NCBI GenBank assembly: GCA_024278315.1 | Contig: JAJRTL010000129.1 | Coordinates: forward strand, 1-55,295 | DNA length: 55,295 bases | Direction of reading: 5' to 3' | DNA from: Planctomycetota bacterium | Lineage (GTDB): Bacteria > Planctomycetota > UBA1135 > GCA-002748355 | Shown here: piece after piece, positions 46,714 to 55,295 of the stretch | How positions within the stretch are numbered: the first letter of the stretch is position 1 | How the letters are laid out: each line of letters begins with the position of its first letter | The notes under the pieces: generated by a model | Database searches by the model: none | What the model was told of the DNA's origin: nothing | What the model saw: only the letters and a program-made list of their open reading frames with translations | Position numbers and translations under genes: made by a program

Positions 46714-48175
46714 TCACGGAATGCACAGCGAGGGCCAGCGCGCTCGCAAGAAGATGCGCCACCTCCTCTACTCCCGTCTCTGTGGCGGTGCCTTGGCGGT
46801 TCGTGTTCTGATGATCGTGGGACTCATCCTCTTGCTCGCAAGCAAAGGTTTGAGCTACTTCTGGCCCAAGGACATCCAAGAGGTCTCCCTCAAGGATGGC
46901 AGCAAGGTCTGGGGCGAATACCAGGGGCGCAAAGTCTTCCTCGGCGCTCAGCGAGACGCAGAGGCTCGATATCAGATCCAGTACAAGGTGGCCAACCGGG
47001 ACCTCTACGATCTCGATTTTCGTTGGGTGGACGAGGACGAGATTACCCAGACTTCGACCCCGTCTGGACTCCTGAGGCTCGAGCGTCGGGAGTATGGAGT
47101 CTTCATTGGGAGACTGCGCGAGCTGATTCTCGGCGGCGAAGTGCATCGTGGTGCAGTGGCCGATCTCATGCCCCTCCTCGTCCGGAAGATGGCCGAGAGA
47201 CCCGCCAACGAGACTCATCAGTGGGAGCAAGAAGCCCGGCGTGACCAGGTCGTCCTGGTGACGGCGGAAGGACAGTCCAGCACGATCTCCCTCTTCGACG
47301 TGCTCCATGTGGAAGCTCCCAACGAGATGTCCGTATTCGCCAAGGCGGGAACGCTGATCGCCAACCTCTGGGCTTTCGTCTGGGAGGATCCTCGCGAGTC
47401 GAACACCGAGGGCGGCATCTTTCCCGCCATCTTCGGCACGATTCTCATGGTCTTCCTGATGACCTTCTTCGTGACGCCATTCGGTGTTCTGGCAGCAATC
47501 TACCTCCGGGAGTACGCGAAGGAGGGACCTTTGGTACGCGCGGTACGCGTGGCCATCTTCAATCTCGCGGGCGTGCCCTCCATCGTCTTCGGCGTGTTCG
47601 GTCTTGGCTTCTTCGTCTATTTCGTCGGCGGCACGATCGACCAGCTCTTGTATCCCGAGGCTCTGCCCACACCCACCTATGGGACAGGTGGCATTCTCTG
47701 GGCATCCCTGACCCTGGCTCTGCTGACGGTCCCCGTCGTTATCGTGGCCACAGAGGAGGCTCTGTCTGCCGTCCCCAAGGAAGTGCGCCAAGGATCCTAT
47801 GCACTCGGGGCGACCCGCTTCGAGACGCTCTGGCGCATCGTCGTCCCGGCTTCCCTGCCGGGCATCATGACAGGGGTCATCCTGGCGATTGCACGTGCGG
47901 CCGGTGAGGTCGCGCCCCTCATGATCGTGGGAATGGTCAAGCTCGCGCCCGTTCCCATGGACGGTGAGTTCCCCTTCCTCCACCTGGATCGCAAGTTCAT
48001 GCATCTGGGCTTCCACATCTACGATCTGGGGTTCCAGAGCCCCAATGTGGAGGCCACGAAACCTCTCGTCTACGCAACCGCCTTCCTCCTCGTGGGGATC
48101 GTCATGGTCATGAACCTGGTTGCCATCTACTACCGCAACCGCCTCCGTGAAAGATATGCCAGCAGTAGCGTCTAG
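46700..48175 (+). CDS. pstA: Phosphate ABC transporter permease PstA
   Basis: [31 protein letters not shown]. Confidence 0.95.
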   Translation: MPTSDHGMHSEGQRARKKMRHLLYSRLCGGALAVRVLMIVGLILLLASKGLSYFWPKDIQEVSLKDGSKVWGEYQGRKVFLGAQRDAEARYQIQYKVANRDLYDLDFRWVDEDEITQTSTPSGLLRLERREYGVFIGRLRELILGGEVHRGAVADLMPLLVRKMAERPANETHQWEQEARRDQVVLVTAEGQSSTISLFDVLHVEAPNEMSVFAKAGTLIANLWAFVWEDPRESNTEGGIFPAIFGTILMVFLMTFFVTPFGVLAAIYLREYAKEGPLVRAVRVAIFNLAGVPSIVFGVFGLGFFVYFVGGTIDQLLYPEALPTPTYGTGGILWASLTLALLTVPVVIVATEEALSAVPKEVRQGSYALGATRFETLWRIVVPASLPGIMTGVILAIARAAGEVAPLMIVGMVKLAPVPMDGEFPFLHLDRKFMHLGFHIYDLGFQSPNVEATKPLVYATAFLLVGIVMVMNLVAIYYRNRLRERYASSSV

Positions 48176-48179
48176 AACC

Positions 48180-49004
48180 ATGAGTGATCCTGCCGTCGTG
48201 ATCGATCCCGCCGAGAGCCCTGTGGCTCACGGATCAGGCCTTGCCGATGCAAGGTCCTACCTCGACATCCAGGGTGTGAATCTCTGGTATGGAAACAAGC
48301 AGGCGCTCTTCGATATCGATCTCCCGATTCCCGAGAAGGAGATCACCTCCTTCATCGGGCCCTCTGGTTGCGGAAAGTCGACCTTGCTCCGCTGCATCAA
48401 CCGACTCAATGACCTCATCGACGGGTGCCGATTCGAGGGGAGGATTCTCTGGGAAGGTCAGGACATCAACGGTTCCGGGATCGAGCTGCACGGATTGAGG
48501 ACGCGGATCGGGATGGTATTCCAGAAATCCAATCCCTTTCCCAAGTCCATCTTCGAGAACGTCGCATACGGGCCACGGATCCATGGAATCAGGAACAAGT
48601 CCAAGCTCCAGGAACTGGTGGAGAAGAGTCTCCGGGGGGCAGCGCTCTGGGAGGAGGCCAAGGATCGGCTTCACGAGAGTGCGTTGGGCCTGTCGGGGGG
48701 GCAGATGCAGCGTCTCTGCATCGCGAGAGCCTTGGCCGTGGAGCCCGACATCATCCTGTTCGATGAGCCCTGTTCCGCACTCGACCCGATTGCTACCGGG
48801 AAGATCGAGGACCTCATGGAGGAACTCAAGAAGGACTATACGCAGGTCATCGTTACGCACTCCATGCAGCAGGCCTCTCGAGTGTCGGACCATACCGCAT
48901 TTTTCTACCTGGGAGAGCTGGTCGAATTCGGTGAGACCCAGCAGGTCTTTACTCGACCGCTCCAGAAGCAGACGGAGGACTATATCAGCGGTCGATTCGG
49001 GTAG
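48180..49004 (+). CDS. pstB: Phosphate ABC transporter ATP-binding protein
   Basis: [43 protein letters not shown]. Confidence 0.96.
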   Translation: MSDPAVVIDPAESPVAHGSGLADARSYLDIQGVNLWYGNKQALFDIDLPIPEKEITSFIGPSGCGKSTLLRCINRLNDLIDGCRFEGRILWEGQDINGSGIELHGLRTRIGMVFQKSNPFPKSIFENVAYGPRIHGIRNKSKLQELVEKSLRGAALWEEAKDRLHESALGLSGGQMQRLCIARALAVEPDIILFDEPCSALDPIATGKIEDLMEELKKDYTQVIVTHSMQQASRVSDHTAFFYLGELVEFGETQQVFTRPLQKQTEDYISGRFG

Positions 49005-49085
49005 ACACCGGGAGGAGATCGGAGAGAGGGCCGCGTGCTCATGCTTTCCCTCTCACCGGCGCGAACTTGCGCGTAGGATGAGGGC

Positions 49086-52000
49086 ATGAGAGCGTTCCAA
49101 TCCAGCCTTCCCCTTCTGGGCTTCTGTCTACTGTTCCCCTGGTTTCCTGAATCTCTTCTGGGGCAGTCCGCCCCCGAGCCACAGGGGGAGTATGAGGCCG
49201 ATCTCGAGAAGGCAGCCTACGAGCTCAGCCGCGGCAAGCGCGAACGGGCCCGGTCGGTCTACGAGGAAATCCTCGAGATGGTGGAGGAGGGCGAGGACGA
49301 TGAGGTCCCGTCGATCTCCGAGCAGGCGGGAGCCTGGGCAGGCCTGGGGAGGATCCAATTCCAGACAGGCGAGTACTCCCAAGCCCTGGAGAGCCTTGCG
49401 AAGGCAAAGAAACTTAGAACCACCTCGCGTCAGCGTGTCCTGTTGGCTCGGGTCCTGGCACGCATCGGCCGCTATGAGGACGCTCTGGCGGCGATTGTGG
49501 ATCTGGGGATCGGGGCGAAGGCGGGCCCTTCACCGACCGAGAACGAGGAAGCCCAACGGCTCGAAGCCCAGTGGTTGAAGGCATCGTGGAAGCAGTATCT
49601 GGGCAGGGCAGGAGAGGCACGTCGGCTCTGGACCCTCATCGAGGACCTGGGCAAGAGCAAGACCTTGAGGCTTCCGGCATCCAAGCTCTGGTTCGCCAAA
49701 TCGCTCTTGTCGCTAGGGGGTCGCGACCGTCTCTATCAGGGCTCACAGCTTCTCATCGAGGTCAGCAAGAAGGATCCCTATCTCTCCGAGGCCTATGTGG
49801 CTCTGGGAGATCTCTACTTCGAGGTCTATCACGAGGCTGCTGGATACAAGAGTGGAGAGAGCGAATACCAGCGGGCCTTGCAGAACTGCGGCGAGGTGCA
49901 GGGAGCCCTGTTGGGACTCTATCGCAGTCGCAAGGACAACTTCCTTCTGGACTACAACAAGACGCGCTCCTACCTGCAGCGGGCCTTGGAGCTCAACCCG
50001 AGGTCGGTCAGGGCCTTGCGGCTGAAGGCTGCGACCCGCATCGACAATCGCAACTTCGAGGGCAGTTACGATCTGTTGAAGCGCGCGCTCGCCATCAACC
50101 CGCGCGACAAGCAGAGTCTCGCCGAGATGGCCTCGGCCTGCCATCTCACCTACCGCTCCAAAGCGGAGCAGGAATACCGTCAGAGGGCGCTCAAGGTCGA
50201 TCCGACCTACACGCATGTAGACACCATTCTCGGAGCCCATCAGATCGCACTCTATCGCTTCGAAGATGCCTTGATCCCCCTGCAAAGGGCCAACAGCGCC
50301 AGGCCCGGAGACTACGACACCCTCCTGGCGCTGGGGCGCGCGCTTCTGCAAACGGGGCGAGGCAAGGCTGCCGAGAAGGTCCTGCTCCAGACGCGGCAGA
50401 TCCGACCCGGTTGGGTCAATCCCTGGCGCGAGAACCAGCTCTTCCTGCAGAAGCGCATCAACGAGAAATACCACATCCGCGAGGAGGGCAACTTCTCCTA
50501 TGTCTTGCACCCGGAGGAAGAGGGGGTCCTGGGCCCATACCTCAAGCGGATCTACGAGTCGAGCTACAAGGAGCTGGGAGCAAAGTACGGTGTCTACCCC
50601 GACTGCAAGGTCAGGGTGGAGTGCTTCGAGCGGTTCGGTGACTTCTCGGTTCGCACGATCGGCTACAAGGGATTTGGCGCTTTGGGGGCCTGCTTTGGTT
50701 GTCTGATCACCTCGGTCTCTCCAGGGGCACCCGAACTACGTTCGCAGTTCTCCTGGCGCGTGACCGCGAGACATGAGTTCTCGCATGTCCTTCATCTCAA
50801 GCTCTCCAAGGCTCGCGTGCCTCGCTGGCTGACCGAGGGCATGGCGGTCTACGAGGAGATCGCCATGGATCCGGCCAATGACCGGCGTATGGAGCGCGAA
50901 CTCCATGCCGCCCTCCAGAACAACAGTATCTTTCCACTGACCGAGCTCAACTCGGCCTTCCGCAGCAACAAGATCCTCTTCGGTTACTACCAAGGGGGGC
51001 TCATCGTCCGCTACCTGGCCCAGGAGTATGACTTCGGAAAACTCGTGGAGCTCGTCAAGGCCTATGCCGATGACAAGTCGACGGCCCAGATCTTCAGTCA
51101 GGTCCTGGGGCTCGAGGCCAAGACCTTCGACGCTCGTTTCCGACGCTACGTCGAGGGCATGGTCGGCAAGCTCAAGCTGGTCCCCCTGGTCGAGGAGGCG
51201 ACGATGTCCCGGCTCCTGCTGCATGTCGCCAAGAACCCGGACGATCGCGACGCACGGCTCATGTTGGCTTCTGGCTACGTTCAGCGGCGGAACTTCGTGG
51301 ATGCAGGCACACAGCTCGGGGCCCTCAGGAAGCTGGATCCCGACAATGGCGACGCCCTGCTGATCCGTGCCAAGATGGCCATGCTCCGCAAGGACATCAA
51401 GCAGGTGCGCGCCTTGCTCAAATCGGGTTTCGAGGCTGGTGGAGATGACTTCGATTCTCGCATGCTGCACGCGAGCCTGCTCTTGAAGGCCAATCGCCCG
51501 CAAGCGGCCCTGGCTGAGTTGAAGGCGGCCGTCGCCTGCTGGCCCACCTGCCCGACACCGGGTCAGGGTTCGCCCTTTCTGGGGCAGGCTCGCATTCTCG
51601 CGGGGATGGGCAAAAAGGCGGAAGCGGCGGAGCTCATGAATCGCTACATCGCGCTCCATGGGCAGGACTACTCCGTGAGGCGGCAGCTGGCGGTCTACTA
51701 CCGAGAGAACGGCAAGCCCCAAAAGGAGTTGGCCCACCTGGAGGCTGCCCGGGATGTGGACCCCTTCGACCGCGAGCTCCACAGCCGTCTGGCCAAGATC
51801 TACAAGGAGGACGGCCGTTTGGCCGAGGCAGCCTTCGCCTTGCGGATGGCCCTGGCCACCCAGGTGGATAGGGACCGGGCCAGCATGGATCCGACGAAGA
51901 AGGGCCCCAACAAGAAGGGGCCCGAGGCCGAGGTCCAGTTCGAGGCGGGTCTGAGACTCCAGCTGGCCGAGATCATGCTCTCCCTTGGGCACAAGGTCGA

Positions 52001-52091
52001 GGCCTCGGACGAGGCCCGGCGGATCCTGAAACTCGGCAAGGCAGTGCCGCCGGAGGTCCAGGAGCGGGCCCGTGAGATCCTCGACTCCTAG
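49086..52091 (+). CDS. Secreted TPR-rich protein with central gluzincin (peptidase MA-like) domain
   Basis: Signal peptide, TPRs on both sides, HEFSH plus PRWLTEGMA. Confidence 0.85.
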   Translation: MRAFQSSLPLLGFCLLFPWFPESLLGQSAPEPQGEYEADLEKAAYELSRGKRERARSVYEEILEMVEEGEDDEVPSISEQAGAWAGLGRIQFQTGEYSQALESLAKAKKLRTTSRQRVLLARVLARIGRYEDALAAIVDLGIGAKAGPSPTENEEAQRLEAQWLKASWKQYLGRAGEARRLWTLIEDLGKSKTLRLPASKLWFAKSLLSLGGRDRLYQGSQLLIEVSKKDPYLSEAYVALGDLYFEVYHEAAGYKSGESEYQRALQNCGEVQGALLGLYRSRKDNFLLDYNKTRSYLQRALELNPRSVRALRLKAATRIDNRNFEGSYDLLKRALAINPRDKQSLAEMASACHLTYRSKAEQEYRQRALKVDPTYTHVDTILGAHQIALYRFEDALIPLQRANSARPGDYDTLLALGRALLQTGRGKAAEKVLLQTRQIRPGWVNPWRENQLFLQKRINEKYHIREEGNFSYVLHPEEEGVLGPYLKRIYESSYKELGAKYGVYPDCKVRVECFERFGDFSVRTIGYKGFGALGACFGCLITSVSPGAPELRSQFSWRVTARHEFSHVLHLKLSKARVPRWLTEGMAVYEEIAMDPANDRRMERELHAALQNNSIFPLTELNSAFRSNKILFGYYQGGLIVRYLAQEYDFGKLVELVKAYADDKSTAQIFSQVLGLEAKTFDARFRRYVEGMVGKLKLVPLVEEATMSRLLLHVAKNPDDRDARLMLASGYVQRRNFVDAGTQLGALRKLDPDNGDALLIRAKMAMLRKDIKQVRALLKSGFEAGGDDFDSRMLHASLLLKANRPQAALAELKAAVACWPTCPTPGQGSPFLGQARILAGMGKKAEAAELMNRYIALHGQDYSVRRQLAVYYRENGKPQKELAHLEAARDVDPFDRELHSRLAKIYKEDGRLAEAAFALRMALATQVDRDRASMDPTKKGPNKKGPEAEVQFEAGLRLQLAEIMLSLGHKVEASDEARRILKLGKAVPPEVQERAREILDS

Positions 52092-52147
52092 CGACGCCTA
52101 GACCTCCACAGGCCTCCGCTCTACGATGGGGCGGGAGGAGGTAGTCC

Positions 52148-52176
52148 TTGACCCAAGTGGGCACCTGGCCTAGTCT
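52148..52176 (+). promoter_or_regulatory. Sigma70 promoter of the tRNA pair
   Basis: TTGACC-N17-TAGTCT followed by a GC-rich discriminator. Confidence 0.7.
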
Positions 52177-52194
52177 TCCCCGCCCGATTGGCGC

Positions 52195-52269
52195 TACCCG
52201 GTGGTGTAATTGGTAGCACTGGAGATTCTGGTTCTCTTAGTCCAGGTTCGAGTCCTGTCCGGGTAACCA
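52195..52269 (+). tRNA. tRNA-Gln (anticodon CTG)
   Basis: Cloverleaf: TACCCGG/CCGGGTA acceptor, GGAGA-TTCTGGT-TCTCT anticodon arm, GGTTCGAGTCC, encoded CCA. Confidence 0.95.
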
Positions 52270-52273
52270 TGAT

Positions 52274-52323
52274 CGGGGTCTCCTCCCGCACGTCCCAGAC
52301 GAGCGCGAGGGGACCCCGGTTTT
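52274..52323 (+). terminator. GC-rich hairpin plus short U tract between the tRNA genes
   Basis: CGGGGTCTCCTC / GAGGGGACCCCG followed by GTTTT. Confidence 0.55.
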
Positions 52324-52352
52324 CATATGCGCCAACTCGATCGAGCTCCTGC

Positions 52353-52426
52353 TACCCGGTGGTGTAATGGTAACACTGCTGGTTTTGGTCCAGCCATTTC
52401 AGGTTCGAGTCCTGGCCGGGTAACCA
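52353..52426 (+). tRNA. tRNA-Gln (anticodon TTG)
   Basis: TACCCGG/CCGGGTA acceptor, GCTGG-TTTTGGT-CCAGC anticodon arm, GGTTCGAGTCC, encoded CCA. Confidence 0.96.
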
Positions 52427-52429
52427 CAC

Positions 52430-52472
52430 AGAGAGGACCAGACTTTGCGTTTGGTCCTCTCTTTGCTTGTTT
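52430..52472 (+). terminator. Rho-independent terminator
   Basis: AGAGAGGACCAGAC-TTTGC-GTTTGGTCCTCTCT followed by TTGCTTGTTT. Confidence 0.75.
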
Positions 52473-52519
52473 CCCCGAGCGGCCTGCTGTCCACAAGTTG
52501 CGAGCGCAGGTGTGGTGGG

Positions 52520-52783
52520 TCAGCGCCCCGGACGTCCCTGGATGTCCTGCATCTTCTGGTTCCGACGCTGTGTGTCGCGGTTGATGATGCGGATCTGCTG
52601 GCGCAGATGGTTGCGGGCCTGGATCGGGACCGTGATGGGGGACATGACGGAGCCCGAAAGCGAAGAGGAGCTCGTCTTTGCCCTTTCTGCCACAGGTGTC
52701 GTGCCGCCATCCTTCTTGGGATCCGTGCACGAGGCCATGACGATGAGCATGAGAAATGCGATGTAGGGCAACTTGGTTTTCAT
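52520..52783 (-). CDS. Small lipoprotein
   Basis: AGGAGGG RBS; MKTKLPYIAFLMLIVMAS|C lipobox; 87 aa. Confidence 0.7.
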   Translation of the reverse strand: MKTKLPYIAFLMLIVMASCTDPKKDGGTTPVAERAKTSSSSLSGSVMSPITVPIQARNHLRQQIRIINRDTQRRNQKMQDIQGRPGR

Positions 52784-52861
52784 CCCTCCTCTATCGGCAC
52801 GATCGATGCGCACCGGGTGGTGTGGTCGGCTCCGAACCATGCCAAGGGCGGGTAGGGGTGA

Positions 52862-54247
52862 TCAGAGGTCCACGTAGGCAACGGGTGCAGAATCGAAATC
52901 CAGATGCCTGGCGAAGTCGACCAGATAGAGGAACTTGTCCGACTTGGGTTTGGGACTGCGCTTGCGACCCTTGTATCGGATCTTGAGCCGGGCGTCCTTG
53001 TCTCCTTGCCAAAGCCAGCGTGGGAGGAGGAGGCGGACCTTCCTGGCGCGCTTGGCTTTCACCCGGATCGTCAAGGGTGCTCGAGAGAGGATCTTGGCTT
53101 CGACCAAGGCTGTCCTGTCCTTGGCGTAGCGATGCGCGAAGCGCTTCCGTTCTTCTTCATTGAGTCGCTTCCACTCGTTGGCCCGCACCTTGAGTCGCAA
53201 CTCGTCCTGGACCTCTCTCGCAAAGCCTCGGATCTGGACCCAAGAGCGTCTGGCCTCGGCGAGCCTGGAGGCCGCCAGAAGCAGGGAGTCCGGATGCGCA
53301 TTCCGTCTCGTCTTGGCAAAGAAGTCCTCAAGACCGGCGTTACCGAGATCGAAGGAGTGCCCGATGTCGGGAAATGTATGGAAGTGGACTTGTTTGTGCC
53401 CCATCTCCTTGAGTTCACGGAAGGCCAGCCGCAGGTTCCAGATCAGGCCAGGATCGTCCTTGAGTCCCTGGAAGTCATGGATGGGGACGCCGACGAGATT
53501 GGGAAGGAGTCGCAGGTTGTTCTGTCCGCGCTGCAATGCCAGTCTCGGCCCACCGATGCAGGGCAAGATGCCGGCCCAGAGTCCCGGATGGCGTAGCCCT
53601 AGATCCCAGCTGATGTGCCCACCACGACTCGTCCCCGCGACGAAGACCCGATCCGGGTCGATCGGCAGGTGCAGTCGTGCCCAACGCAGGAGGGAAAGCT
53701 GCGTCTGGCGCTCCTGTTCAGAAAATCGATACCCTTGGTTCGCCTGTTGTTCACTCGCGGCGAGGATCACCATAGGGGCTCCTTCGGCGAAGTGTATCCA
53801 TGTGGCCAACTCATGCTGGCCCTGGCCACCCGTTCCATGGGAAGCGAGCAGGAGAGCGAAGCCCCTCTCGGGTCTCTTGGCACCGGGAATGTAGCCATGC
53901 ACTTCTGTATCCAGCATGCCATCGGAGCCCGTGTAGAGAGGGATCTTCCGCCGAATCCGCTTTCCACGTTCCAAAGCAGGGGACAGCGGCAGGGGAGGCC
54001 AAGGGAGTGCATGCAAGGCCTTCTCCCACTTCACGAGGGGGGCCTTCTTCTCCTTCAGTAGTCTACGAATCGCCTTGTCCCGGTCTTTGGGGTTCTGGAT
54101 CGGGAGGACGTCCAGGAAGGCCTTCGCAAGCGCTTCCTTCGTGGGTGGAGGAGGTTTGATGCGCTTCTTCTGGGCGTTCCCGCCGGGTGGAAGGGCAATC
54201 AAGGCAAGCAGTGCTGCTGCGAGTGTTCGATGGCGCGAGGAGTACAT
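52862..54247 (-). CDS. Secreted alpha/beta-hydrolase (esterase/peptidase)
   Basis: SHGTGG, IDPDRVFVAGTSRGG nucleophile elbow, GLKDD, IGHS. Confidence 0.85.
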   Translation of the reverse strand: MYSSRHRTLAAALLALIALPPGGNAQKKRIKPPPPTKEALAKAFLDVLPIQNPKDRDKAIRRLLKEKKAPLVKWEKALHALPWPPLPLSPALERGKRIRRKIPLYTGSDGMLDTEVHGYIPGAKRPERGFALLLASHGTGGQGQHELATWIHFAEGAPMVILAASEQQANQGYRFSEQERQTQLSLLRWARLHLPIDPDRVFVAGTSRGGHISWDLGLRHPGLWAGILPCIGGPRLALQRGQNNLRLLPNLVGVPIHDFQGLKDDPGLIWNLRLAFRELKEMGHKQVHFHTFPDIGHSFDLGNAGLEDFFAKTRRNAHPDSLLLAASRLAEARRSWVQIRGFAREVQDELRLKVRANEWKRLNEEERKRFAHRYAKDRTALVEAKILSRAPLTIRVKAKRARKVRLLLPRWLWQGDKDARLKIRYKGRKRSPKPKSDKFLYLVDFARHLDFDSAPVAYVDL

Positions 54248-54274
54248 CCGCCCATCATACCCAAGGAGGCCGAA

Positions 54275-55294
54275 TCAGCGCGCGAGACCGCTCTCGAGTT
54301 CTTCAGTCCGGAGGATCCGCGCGATCCGGACATCCTCCAGCCCTTCGGAAAGGTCGAGGCGTATTTCCTCATCTCCCTCCTCGATACTCAGGACGGGGCG
54401 CAGGAGAACGCCGCTCTGATCCTCGACCTGCGCGCGTCTTCCATCGCTGAGCTCGACCCAGGTGCCCGAGGGGTAGATGCCCGCCGAGAGAATGAACTGC
54501 TTCAGCAGGACGGGATCGAAGTGCCCCTTCATCGAGAACATGATGCGGTAGGCGCGGTTGGGCGACATGGAATCCTTGTAGGGTCGCACGGCCGTCAGGG
54601 CCTCGAATACATCCGCAATCTTGATGAGCCTCGTGGCTGTGGTGATCGGGATCCCCTTTACCAACCGGGGATAGCCTCCGCCGTCCAGCGTACGGTGGTG
54701 TCCCATGGCTGTTGCGACAGCCATGGGCTCCGGGTCCTCCAGCTCGAGGAGGACCTGGGCTCCATACCAGGTGTGTTTCTCCATCTCACGGCGCTCCTCG
54801 TCACTCAGCCGCGTCTGGGAATGAAGGATCTCGAAGGGAACATGGACCTTGCCGACGTCGTGGAGGAGGGCCGCGAGACCGATTGCATTGAGGACGTCTT
54901 CGTCATCGGTCAGATATCGCGCATAGTTCAGTGCGAGAAAACAGACACGGATGGAGTGCCCGAAGGTGAAGGCGTCGTAGCTCTCGTAGAGGGCCATCTG
55001 CATCAGGCTCTTGTTGTCCTGATGCAGCTGCTTCAGGATGCTCGAGATCTGGTTCTTCGCGGGGTCGATGTTGATCTGGTGCCCACGACAAACGTCCACG
55101 GATAGGCTCTGAAGTTCCTCGATGACGTCCTGATAGAGGCGAATGGGGATTTGACTCGGGAGAGCATCTCCCATGACCCTGTCCTTTTCTTCCAGACCTG
55201 TTGTCTCGTCGAAGATACCCTGCTCCAGGAAGTGGATCGTCGTGCAGCCCTTGAGGCGCAGTTCGGCTTCGGTCTCGACCGGTGTCCACTTGCG
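54275..55294 (-). CDS. HD-GYP domain phosphohydrolase, 5'-partial
   Basis: FGHSIRV, LLHDVGK, HHRTLDGGGYP, ADVFEALT...RPYK; frame stays open to the window edge. Confidence 0.9.
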   Translation of the reverse strand, partial: RKWTPVETEAELRLKGCTTIHFLEQGIFDETTGLEEKDRVMGDALPSQIPIRLYQDVIEELQSLSVDVCRGHQINIDPAKNQISSILKQLHQDNKSLMQMALYESYDAFTFGHSIRVCFLALNYARYLTDDEDVLNAIGLAALLHDVGKVHVPFEILHSQTRLSDEERREMEKHTWYGAQVLLELEDPEPMAVATAMGHHRTLDGGGYPRLVKGIPITTATRLIKIADVFEALTAVRPYKDSMSPNRAYRIMFSMKGHFDPVLLKQFILSAGIYPSGTWVELSDGRRAQVEDQSGVLLRPVLSIEEGDEEIRLDLSEGLEDVRIARILRTEELESGLAR

Positions 55295-55295
55295 C

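Noticed and set aside
46640-48181. Long antisense ORFs (also 1253..2728, 23886..24914, 44404..45675, 50736..51992)
   Set aside because: Shadow frames of GC-biased genes, with no recognisable motifs.
52195-52520. tRNA genes as an island integration site
   Set aside because: No integrase and no duplicated tRNA 3' end seen elsewhere in the window.

Overview
GC-rich bacterial chromosomal segment. The gene repertoire (Ser/Thr kinase-FGE fusion, ECF sigma with a FecR-like anti-sigma, HEAT-VWA protein, many secreted hypotheticals) suggests Planctomycetota; this taxonomy is an inference. In order, the window holds: a 5'-truncated TPR-GAF sigma54 activator followed by two secreted-protein genes, each with a sigma54-like promoter and a shared TGTCC-N7-(G/T)GACA palindrome; a thiolase; a HEAT-VWA gene; a ~14 kb surface-glycan locus of very large fused glycosyltransferase/methyltransferase genes with a GDP-mannose 3,5-epimerase-like gene; a heavily decayed flavoprotein disulfide reductase remnant; an outer-membrane barrel; an orphan pqiA; a propeller-type hybrid histidine kinase; a Ser/Thr kinase; an mscS interrupted by an in-frame TAG; a Schlafen/AlbA_2 gene followed by an AT-rich spacer and a small AT-hook/coiled-coil gene; a frameshifted thrE; an ECF/anti-sigma pair; pstSCAB with PHO-like boxes; a TPR metallopeptidase; two tRNA-Gln genes; an esterase; and a 5'-truncated HD-GYP gene. 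Three dispersed copies of a transposon-end-like motif (20356, 26061, 43269) occur without any transposase. No CRISPR array, rRNA or intact mobile element was seen. All protein calls rest on motif recognition by eye, with no database search.
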